Assembly (NCBI GenBank): GCA_020536535.1
Contig: JAHLWZ010000125.1
Coordinates: 1-33,230, forward strand
DNA length: 33,230 bases
Source: Pelomyxa schiedti
Lineage: Eukaryota; Protista; Evosea
Direction of reading: 5' to 3'
This document shows positions 20,689 to 30,808 of this stretch, piece after piece. Positions within the stretch are counted from its first letter, which is position 1, and every line of letters starts with the position of its first letter. The translations under genes were made by a program, and so were the position numbers. A model generated the notes under the pieces. It saw only the letters and a program-made list of their open reading frames with translations. It searched no databases and was not told the DNA's origin.

Positions 20689-23210
20689 ATGCGGAGAGAG
20701 TCACCAAAAACAAGGGAAGAAACAACAGTAGCAGTAACCATGACTAACACAAACAGTGCAACATCGACGAATGCACCGCCGCCTGAACCAAAAATTAAGT
20801 ACCAGGGGGAGAGGAAGGACGGCATGCAACATGGACGAGGGGTCCAAAGCTGGGCAAATGGCACTACATACGAGGGTGAGTGGCACAGCGGCAAGCAGGA
20901 TGGGTGGGGTTTGTACCACTGGCCCGACGGCAGTTGGTTCGAAGGACTGCAAAGGAGCAGTCGCCGTCAGAGGGGTACATACCACAGCGCAAACGGTGTG
21001 GATGAGTGGGAGGGAGAATGGGAAGACAAAGGAAAGAGAATGCAAATGCAGGGATGGGGTGTGCAACGGAGAGTGGTGAAGAAGATAGGAGCAAGCAATA
21101 CTGGTGACAGTCGTGGTGAAACAGTGGCCGTGGAGACTGTGTATGAGGGCCAGTGGGATGGGTACAAGTGGCATGGTAACGGAACATGGAAATCACCTGC
21201 TACTGGTGATATCTACCATGGTCAGTTTGATCATGGAAAGAGGAGTGGCACCGGAAGGATGCTGTTTGGTAGTGACAACAGTGAAGGGGATGGAGCAGGG
21301 AGTTACGTCGGGGAGTGGAAGGATGACATGTTCCACGGGAGGGGCGTCAGAATTTGGGGTGATGGCACGATGTATGAGGGTGATTGGGAGTGTGGGAAGG
21401 AGCATGGGGCAGGCACAAAAACGTGGGCACGTGAAGGTACTTCGATTGGTGGTGTTTGGAAGACAGGTGTGATCATGTCAGGCACAAAGAAGTGGGCAAA
21501 TGGTGATGAATTCACTGGAACGTTCACAATGAATGGTTCTTGTGGAGAAGGCATGGCCACATTCAAGTGGGGTTTGCCTTTCAACCGTCTTGTTGGGTGC
21601 TGCAAAAACAATGTTTTCCAAGAAACACAACGTGGTGGTGGAAGAGGTCTTTGCTGTGGGATTGGATGTAGTGATCTTCATCTGGAGGTGTTATACCAGA
21701 TTTTTCACTACTTTTGTTTCCTTCAGTGGGGTGGGAAGGAAACTGCACCAAAAGAGAACAAAGAGGCACAAAGTATTTTATTCATCTTGGAATGGATGGA
21801 TACATTTGGGTGTGTTTGTGTTGAGGTTTTTTTGTATATTTGGAAAGAAATGAGGTGAACTCGGTGTGCATTTATAAAGGATTCCAAAGTCAAAGGAAAG
21901 GTCTTGGGTATCTCGATGATCTTTCTGTGAACTTGATTTCCGAACTTGGTAAGTGATGACTCAGCCTCTGAGTCTCCAGTCTCGAGTCTTGCGAGTGCGC
22001 CTTGCGCACAGTTTGCCTGTGTGTTCGCAGAATCACACACTTTAAGTGAACCCTTACTTATATTTCTGTTATGCCAGGAAAAAGAGGGAAATAACCAAGG
22101 AAGTGGAACCACACCATTTTTTCATGCTCTCCCTGAACTGGAAAAGGCCTTCACACTGGCAACACAGTTCCAAACCCAGATAAAAAAAGCATCATCTGAG
22201 TTTGTTCTGCTTGAGAAGTCACTTGCCAACATCAATGAAAGCCTCCAAGGTGCCACACAACACAACCAGTCACTGGAATCACACTTGAGGGAACTTGTTG
22301 CACTGAAAGATGGACTGGGAAATACATTTGAAGAAACATGTGAAGAGTGCAAGAAGGCTCTTGGGCAGACTCTGACAGAGCAGAGCAGTGAGTCAGAGAT
22401 TCAGCAGTGCTCCAGGAACATCTCAGAGTTGACAAAGAAGTTGTTGGAAATCAAGCCAGTGACCTCTGTGACTGAAGGCAGTTTCCTGGAGCTGGTTCCG
22501 TCACCACCAAAAGGTATCCTCCCAAACAACACAAAAGCAAGGTAATAGAGTCCCCAAACAGGATATGATGACTTGATGCAACCTTTGGTTTTGTCTGCGC
22601 AGCAACAACCCCCAGATGTTCTGTCCACCACAGTGGCACCTTTCAGTCTGTTGGCTCCAGTCACAGACACATTGGTGCTTCTGCGAGGATGCCAGTTTTC
22701 AGAGTGCACGAAGCTTGTGGACCAGCACACCATGCTGTCAAAGGAACTTTCTGAGCAGATCACATTGGGCCACAACCTCCACAACCAAATCGAGAAAATG
22801 CAGGGAGCATGCACAGACCTGATGAGGGAACACAAGTCCAAGTGGATGTTGATGCGGGGACTGGAGGGTGATGAGCGGTTCATCCAGTGCCCTGATGTGC
22901 AGTCACTTCTCTCTCCATTGCTCCCTCAGGCTCAGCAGGCCATTGTCGACCTCATGGTGTCCAAGGCTGCATCACTTTCACTTGCACAGCAACACATCAC
23001 CTTAGCGGAGGTTTGCATTGAGTGTGAAGAGAAGCCACCCAATGTTATTCTGCACCCCTGTGGCCACGCTGTTCTGTGCTCTGAGGTTTCTTCCTTTTAT
23101 TTTTCCCAATTTGCAACCGACCAACCACACACACACAGTGCGCAGCCACAATGAGAAAGTGTCCTCAATGCAGAGCCCCAATCACTCAGAAGCAAATCAA
23201 GCAATTGTAA
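20689..23210 (+). CDS. RING-B: kinase-class MORN exon - coiled coil - RING E3
   Basis: Exon 1 ends CCGIGCSDLHLE|GT. Coiled-coil/RING exons from about 22078. Stops at 22543-22548 lie in a 48-nt intron (22514-22561). RING ends CPQCRAPITQKQIKQL*. The junction at 21690-22078 is uncertain. Confidence 0.75.
22333..22967. repeat. Near-identical inverted segment shared with about 26203-26835
   Basis: About 630 bp with roughly ten differences by eye, including an identical intron. ORF-track entries 22401-22883(-) and 26285-26767(+) differ at 2 residues. Confidence 0.9.
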
Positions 23211-23365
23211 CTCATTGGACAATTTATTATTCTCGTGCTGGCCACGATTGCATGTGGGGAAAGGCTCTCAGATTACCTGAATTTTGAAGGGATACACACG
23301 AGTGATACACACAAAAAAAGAGTCCGACGTCGTTTGTTTCACCAAAATAAAGTTGTTGACTTATG

Positions 23366-25848
23366 TCACCCACTGTTCCCTGTACTTGTTTTTCGTTGTA
23401 TTTTGGTGCGACACTGTGGACACTTCCTCCTTGTTGCTGCACACTGTTGTTGTTGTTATACAGTGGGTTGGACTTAGAGAAGTGGGAATCCATACATTAG
23501 AGCACAACACAAGGTGGCCACAAGGGTGCAACAGCACGTTTGGTGGCCTCTCGTCACACTCCATGCACAACTTGTTGCTGTGGTCCAGGGAGGAAGTGCA
23601 TCCAGGGAGGGTGGAGCTTGAAGTAGTTTGGCAATGTTCTTGTTGTGGGTTGTTTGGCTGGTTGAAGTGAGATGCCAAGGCACTGGACTTGGATACCATG
23701 ATGTTAACGATGCTCTGCTGGGCCTGTGGAAGTTGCTTAGAGAGCGTCGACCACACACTGGGGCACACAATGAACTGCTCATCACCCTCCAGCCCCCGCA
23801 TGAGCATCCACTTGGAATTGTGTTCCTGGTTCAGCTCGGAACACAGTCCCTGAAGTGCCTTGATTTGTGTGTGGAGGTTGTTGCCAAGCATGACTTGCTC
23901 AGAGAGCTCTTTGGATAATACTTGGTGTTGGTTAGAAAGTTTGGTGCACTCAGAAAAAGAGAAATCTTTCAGTTGAGCAAGTGGGGCTAAGAGAGGTCCC
24001 AATTGCAGTGAGCTTGAGAAGATAGCATCATCATCCTGTGGAGGTTGTGACAAAGGTTTCAGCAAGTTTTCACTGTCTATAAGTTGGTTAGAATAACAAT
24101 CTGTTGGCTTCTTGGGGGAAAGGGAACCGCACCTGGAAACGTAATTAATGGTGAAAGTGGGTTACTTTCTGCTGTCCCTCCTGTATGACGTGGCTTGATT
24201 CCCAACATCTTCTTTGTCAACTCTGAGATGTTCCTGGAGCACTGCTGAATCTCTGACTCACTGCTCTGGACGGTCAATGTCTCACCAAGAGCTTTCTTGC
24301 ACACCTCATGTGTGTCACTGACCCTCTTGGACAGAGTGTCCTTCAATGCTGTGAGTTTCCTCAGGTGTGTTGCCAGCACATCGTTGTGTTGTGTGACCTC
24401 TTCGAGTCTCAAGTTCATTTTTACCTGTGATTTCTCAACCAACACAAAGTCAACTGCTGATTGCTTCAACTGTGACTGGAACTGTGTTGTCACTGTGAAA
24501 GCCTTGTTCAGTTCAGTGAGTACAGTGGTTTCTGCTTTACCAGTATCAGGGCCCTCCAAAAGTTTACCCTTTCCCTCTTCACAGAGTTGCAGTGTCTTCT
24601 GTTGGAGTTGTTGCTCCAGATTTTGTATTTTCTGGGACATGTAGTGCAACTGATTATTGTTTCTTGCATTGATTTGCTGGAGGGAAAGGTGATGAGGTTT
24701 TCCTCAAGGTGAAGTACGAAGCCTTACCTGCCACTTTGCTCTAGCAGCGCTCATTTCCCCTTGCAGTCTTGCTTCTATCTCACTTTTTTCTTTTTCCAGT
24801 GCCTGTTGGGAAAAGGTAAAAAAAAAAAGAAAATTGGATGTCTCCACACCTGAATCTGCTGATGGTGCTCAATCTGTGGCAGTGAGGAACCCATGTTGTG
24901 TGTATTAGTGGTGCTTGATCCTTCATGGAATGTGTTGCCCTGGAGTGTACCTTTCAACGGGGGGGTGTGTTTCCCACAGGAGAGAATGAGAGCGCCAACA
25001 CCACAACAGGACCAGCCATCATCACGCATTGTACCCTGTGGTGACTGCGTGAAAGTCCCTTCGAACTGGTCACCATTTGGCCATCTCCTCGTTCCCTTCT
25101 TTGGCACACCCATTTCCCACAACCCCGTGAATGACGACCCATCCCTGCACCACCTCCTCATTCCTTCCCCATGTTCCTTCCCATCTTTCCACTGGCCCTC
25201 ATACCTGTCGCCGTTTGCCCACAGCCTCACACCCCTCCCATTGAACGTGTCGTCCTTCCACTCCCCAACGTAGCTCCCTCCTCCACCCCCTTCACAGCTG
25301 CTGTCACCGCCAAACAGCATCCTCCCAGTGCCGCTCCTCTTTCCGTGGTCAAACTGACCACAGTAGATGTCGCCCGAGCCATCATGTGCCCTCCACGTTC
25401 CGCTCCCGTTCCACGCGTTTCCGTCCCACTCGCCCTCATACACGGTGATCCCGTGTATCCCCCTCCTCTCGACCCCCCACCCCTGCATCACGTACACCTC
25501 CCCCGCCGCGTCCCACACCCAGTCCCCGTCGAGCACGGCGTCCCCCGCCCGGCCGGCGCCGCCGCGGCCGTCGTGCAGCGCCCCCCTGGTCCTCCGGTCG
25601 TCCCGCCACAGGCCCTCGTACCACAGGCCGCTGGCGGCGAAGTACACGCCCCAGCCGTCGCGCTTGCCGTCGTGCCACTCGCCGTCGTAGGTGCCGCCGT
25701 CGGGCCAGCTGTGGGCGCCGCGGCCGTGCATCTCGCCGTCCTTCCACTCGCCGTCGTAGGTGCTCCCGTTCGGCCACTTGCACGTGCCCCTGCCGTTCGG
25801 TTTGTTGTTGACGAGCCGCCCGGTGTATGAGAGGACGGTCTGAGACAT
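23366..25848 (-). CDS. RING-C: MORN - coiled coil - RING E3
   Basis: MSQTVLSYTG start, MORN exon, in-frame small exon ALEKEKSEIEARLQ, coiled coil, then RING CMECx11CGHx3CSN|Cx6CPQCR. Confidence 0.82.
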
Positions 25849-25886
25849 TGATGGTGGATCGGGTTGTTAGTTGTTGGCGTTTATTG

Positions 25887-28306
25887 TTATTGTTTGATCT
25901 GTTTCTGGCTGATTGGGGCTCTGCATTGAGGACACTTTCTCATTGCTGAGGCACACTGTGTGTGCTGTTGGTTGGGAGAAAAATAAAAGGAGGAGGATAA
26001 CCTCAGAGCACAGAAGAACGTGTCCACAGGGGTGCAGAATGACGTTGGGTGGCCTCTCATCACATTCAACGCAAACCTCCACTGATGCCGTTGTTGTAGT
26101 GAAGGTTTGCTGTGCGGCCCTGCGACCTGGAAGAGTTGAGGTCTTGCTTGGTTGCTCACTCCTCTGGGATGAAGAGGAAAGTGCAGCAGCAAGTGAGAAT
26201 GCCTTGGACACAACGAGGTCAACAATGGCCTGCTGAGCCTGAGGGAGCAACAGAGAGAGAAGTGACTGCACATCAGGGCACTGCATGAACCGCTCATCAC
26301 CCTCCAGTCCACGCATCAACATCCACTTGGACTTGTGTTCCCTCACCAGGTCTGTGCATGCTCCCTGCATTTTCTCGATTTGGTTGTGGAGGTTGTGGCC
26401 CAATGTGATCTGCTCAGACAGTTCCTTTGACAGCATGGTGTGCTGGTCCACAAGCTTCGTGCACTCTGAAAACTGGCATCCTCGCAGAAGCACCAATGTG
26501 TCTGTGACTGGAGCCAACAGACTGAAAGGTGCCACTGTGGTGGACAGAACATCTGGGGGTTGTTGCTGCGCAGACAAAACCAAAGGTTGCATCAAGTCAT
26601 CATATCCTGTTTGGGGACTCTATTACCTTGCTTTTGTGTTGTTTGGGAGGATACCTTTTGGTGGTGACGGAACCAGCTCCAGGAAACTGCCTTCAGTCAC
26701 AGAGGTCACTGGCTTGATTTCCAACAACTTCTTTGTCAACTCTGAGATGTTCCTGGAGCACTGCTGAATCTCTGACTCACTGCTCTGATCTGTCAGAGTC
26801 TGCCCAAGAGCCTTCTTGCACTCTTCACATGTTTCATCAAGTTTCTTTCCCAGTCCATCCTTCAGTGCGAGAAGTTCCCTCAAGCGTGATGCCAGTGACT
26901 GGTTGTGTTGTGTGGCACCTTGGAGGCTCTGAATGATGGTGGCCAGTGACTTCTCAAGCAAAACAAACTCGGTTGACGCTTTTTTTATCTGGGTTTTGAA
27001 CAGTGTTGCCAGTGTGAAAGCCTTTTCCAGTTCAGTTAGGGCACAAAAGTTTAATGGTGTTGTTCCACTTCCCGTCCAAGGACAAATGCAGGCTTCATCT
27101 TCATATTTTTGGAGTTGTTGTTGCTTTTTCTGGAGATTTTGTTCAAGCTCTTGAATTCTCTCCTTCAATTGATTGAGTTGTTCACCATGTTCCTTGTTGT
27201 TTTTCTTTTTGCAGAAAAGGATCATTGAATGGAATGGGTAAGGGAGTACACACTTCAATCTGGTTTTTGTATTTCAACTGCTGCTGCCAAGATGACCCCA
27301 TTTGATGTTCTACCAAAGAAACTTGTCCATTCTCAGCACCATCCACTGTTGTTTGTTGGAAGGTGTTGTTGTTGAGTAATCCCCTCAGCTTAATCAGAGT
27401 ATTATTTCCTGAGGGGAGTGTCACAACACCCTCACCACAACACTCCCATCCATCCCTCACGCCACATTGTGATGACAGTGTGAAGATGCCTTCGAACTGG
27501 TCACCATTTGGCCACTTCCTCGTTCCCTTCTTTGGCACACCCATTTCCCACAATCCACTGAATGATGACCCATCCCTGCACCACCTCTTCATTCCTTCTC
27601 CATGTTCCTTCCCATCTTTCCACTGGCCCTCATACCTGTCGCCGTTTGCCCACAGCCTGATACCCTTCCCATGAAACTTGTCCTTCTGAAACTCCCCAAC
27701 GTAACTCCCTCCTCCTTGGCTGTTGTCACCAAACAGTATCCTCCCAGTGCCACTCCAATTTCCTTGATCAAACTGCCCAGAGTAGATGTCACCAGTCTCT
27801 CGTGACAACCACGTTCCTAGGCCGTGATAGTTGTGCCCCTTCCACTCACCTGCATACACCACGCCGAGTCCCGTCTCCACACCCCAATTCGTCATCTGAT
27901 TCACCCCAAACTGCCCGTTCCACCGCCACGAACCGTCCATCTCGTACCCTGCCTCACTGTGCAGTATCCCCTTTGCCCAGTGGTTGTCCCTCCACAGCCC
28001 CTTGTACCAGCTCCCGTCGGGCTGGCGGCACACACCCCACCCGTCCTTCCTGCCCTCGCGCCACTCTCCCTCGTAGGTCAGCCCGTGCGGGCCTCTGAAC
28101 ACCCCTCGGCCGTGCATCCTGCCGTGCTTCCACTCGCCTTCGTACGTGGCCCCCAAGCAAAAGTCGTTGGAGAACGACTTGGACAGCCACTTGCACGTTC
28201 CTGTGCCATCACGGAAGCCATCGACCAGCCGACCAGTGTACACTTGCTCAGCGATCGACGTGTCGTCGACTACCAGTGCCACTGTCATGGAGATCGCTTT
28301 TGCCAT
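25887..28306 (-). CDS. RING-D: MORN - coiled coil - RING E3
   Basis: ATG at 28306 (MAKAISM), MORN exon to about 27260, coiled coil, then RING CVECx11CGHx3CSE|Cx6CPQCR. Stop at 25887. Confidence 0.82.
28287..28306 (+). repeat. 20-bp direct repeat ATGGAGATCGCTTTTGCCAT (second copy 29675-29694)
   Basis: Exact match read directly. It corresponds to the first 20 nt of the RING-D CDS on the minus strand. Confidence 0.95.
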
Positions 28307-28373
28307 CAATCGAGGCTAAGTTAAAGGCCTGTCAACAAAGCGGACTTCTTTACACATTAACTTGAAACCAAAG

Positions 28374-28445
28374 AATGTCACATGATGCTGTGCCGTGTGT
28401 CCACTGAATACTTTGAATATATGGGAGCCCGGGCTTATAAGTGAC
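28374..28445 (+). repeat. 72-bp non-coding dispersed repeat, copy 2
   Basis: 62/72 identical to 8283-8354. Confidence 0.85.
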
Positions 28446-28500
28446 CACGAATGAAACACATAACAAACAAAGGAAAATCCCTTTTTTTTAAAACAATTAT

Positions 28501-29277
28501 CTACAGGGTGGATTTTGGTCCGCTTATTTCCTCCGAACCGGTGGACCTTCTCTTCTTCGGCGTCGGGGAGACGGCTATAGACGAAGCGTCGTCGTCTCGT
28601 TCGGTTTCCGCGAGCCTGAAATCTCGCTTCATCCTGTATATCTGCAAAGCGAGCTTCCTGGTGTGGGCTGGACAAGACACGACAACCTCGAACTGTGAGG
28701 TCTCCCTCGAAAGGTCTCCATGCACGATCGGGAGGTTCGACATGAACGTCAGCGCCGCCAGCCCGTCGGTGCAGTCGGCACACAGGTCGACCGGCTCCAA
28801 CCCGACGTAGATGTTCCTCCCCCGGCACACCCTGCAGACCCCCCCGTGGTAGCTGCGCCCAGTGCCGGTCACCGCCCACTCGAACGCGTCGTTGCATCCC
28901 CTGTATCTCTGGACGTTGTTCGATACGCGCCTGACGACCTCGACGACGACCCAGCAGAAGTTCCACGCGACTTCGTAGAGGGCGACCAGCGCCGGCGAAG
29001 CGGGGGGCGCTGGGAAATCGGCGAGGTCGCGCGTGTTCCTGAAGGCCGCCGCCGCGAGGACGTCCTTGGGGATGCCCGAGGCCTCCGACGAGAGGGACAT
29101 CACGAGAGAGGCCCCGTGTTCGTCGACGATGGGGCATTTTTTCTGGATGGCCCTGCATCCCGCGTCGAGGGCTCCGGGGAGGTCGAGCTGCAGCGACCTC
29201 TTGGCTTCGCGGATGCCCCTGGCGTAATCGTCGAACGAGATGTTCCAATCATTAATTGATATTTTTTTCGCCGACAT
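28501..29277 (-). CDS. Intronless 258-aa orphan protein with CxxC-x14-CxxC motif and NLS-like PKKRR
   Basis: ATG-started ORF preceded by TATATAAATAAAAG, with GC3-rich codons. Motifs CRVC...CADC and C-terminal PTPKKRR. No family recognised. Confidence 0.65.
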   Translation of the reverse strand: MSAKKISINDWNISFDDYARGIREAKRSLQLDLPGALDAGCRAIQKKCPIVDEHGASLVMSLSSEASGIPKDVLAAAAFRNTRDLADFPAPPASPALVALYEVAWNFCWVVVEVVRRVSNNVQRYRGCNDAFEWAVTGTGRSYHGGVCRVCRGRNIYVGLEPVDLCADCTDGLAALTFMSNLPIVHGDLSRETSQFEVVVSCPAHTRKLALQIYRMKRDFRLAETERDDDASSIAVSPTPKKRRSTGSEEISGPKSTL

Positions 29278-29515
29278 CTTTTATTTATATAGGTAGATCT
29301 TTCTTTTCTTTTTTGCCCTTTCTGTCTTTTCGCCGAGTCCTCATTCGCTCGGAAAATCGGCATTTTGGATTTTTTTTCGGCTCCGCGACGCTCATTCGTC
29401 GGGTCCCGGTGAATAGCGATCGCTTTCCTGGGCCTTCCACTGGTCTTTCAAGAAATGTAGAGGAGGAAAAAAAAAACGCACGGATCCCCCGAACGACTTC
29501 GCAACGGACGCCGTG

Positions 29516-29674
29516 ATGCCGAAAAGGCAGCCTTTCCAACGTGGAGGATTCGTCTCTGACGTCGAACGGGTCAACAATGCCAGCCCGACGCTGACGAACC
29601 CGCTGTCGGGACGTATAGAGAACGGGCACTTTATGAGGTGCGACGCCTGCCACGAACCTCTTTGCCACCGGTGG
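29516..29674 (+). other. Truncated GC-rich ORF divergent from the orphan gene
   Basis: MPKRQPFQ...RCDACHEPLCHRW runs into the 20-bp repeat, where composition changes. Confidence 0.35.
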
Positions 29675-29694
29675 ATGGAGATCGCTTTTGCCAT

Positions 29695-30540
29695 TGTTAA
29701 TGTTCAGGTGCATTTCGGTGAGATTCTGGTGATGACTGCTAGTGATAAGTTGGAGCACCACAATGTCAACTGCTTGGCAGAAACTGAAGAGTCTGATCAC
29801 TGGGAAACCTTCTCCAACAACGATACACAAGCCGATCGGAGCTTTATGTGCTTGACACGGCATTTACAAGGGGCTTCCAGCTTATTTCTGGCATGTATCT
29901 TGTGAATGTGTTGCCAATTATCGGATCACTTTCTCACCAGTTCGACAGATTCCCTTGCTGAAAGCAACAAAAATTATGTTCGTGGTACAATGGTCCACAT
30001 GGCACCGCAGATATTCACAAACAACTACACAATTGAGGGTGTGGCATTTCTTCCTTCTTTATTACTGACTCCTGAGTACAACAACAGGGGATTTGTGGGG
30101 CTTTGGAATGGCAGAGATGATCAGTGGTGATATTGTCATTGACTCCCCACTTGACAAGCTTCCTCTTAGTTCACAAGCAAATTTCTTTGGGGAACAAATG
30201 CGGACACTTCCACCTCACGTTTCTGGTTTTCTTGTGTCTCTTTATTTCGAATATTATTTTAATTAATTAGTTACTAGTATAATAACTATTTATTATATAG
30301 TATATAGTATTAATAATATTATTATAATACTATTACTTAATAATATTAATAATTATTAATAATAAGTTGCAGTGTATAATTTAATTCTTACACCACAAAA
30401 GAGCTGAAGAGGCTGTGCTGAATCCGGCGAGTCGGCGATTGCACACTGTCTCAGCAGAAGGAATGCCGGTCTTGCTGCCGTGAACTATTTCACACACTCT
30501 CCTAAATCGCTGTGGAACAACAGCATTGCGAACTATTTCG
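29695..30540 (+). pseudogene. Degenerate kinase 3' half
   Basis: Remnants GTMVHMAPQIFTNNYTIE, DLWGFG, LDKLPL and AIAHCLSRRN, with deletions and frameshifts. No intact N-lobe. Confidence 0.8.
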
Positions 30541-30808
30541 CACTGCAGACATATTCCCCAAATGAGGTCACCAATTAAATTTATAATTATTATCACCCCA
30601 CTCAACAATAGTAGTTCCCACTCGATTCCAGAGAGACTGACGAATTAAGTGCCTCTCCATTCCACATTCCGCTCCCCTCCGACATTTTCTGAGTCTCTGA
30701 AGGGGATTCTAACGCCACGTCACTTTTATGGTAAAAAACGACTTGGTCAGGCAGTCCTTCAGTACACCAACTTCCTGTGTGCCTGTCCAACACATAAACA
30801 AAAAAAGA

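Noticed and set aside
22543-22548. TAA TAG suggesting RING-B (and RING-D) are pseudogenes
   Set aside because: They fall in a 48-nt GT-AG intron (22514-22561) whose removal keeps the frame. RING-A has a 45-nt counterpart.
28316-29248. 310-aa alternative-frame ORF overlapping the orphan gene
   Set aside because: Arg/Gly/Pro-rich composition typical of an off-frame GC-rich ORF; the 258-aa frame looks more protein-like. Not formally excluded.
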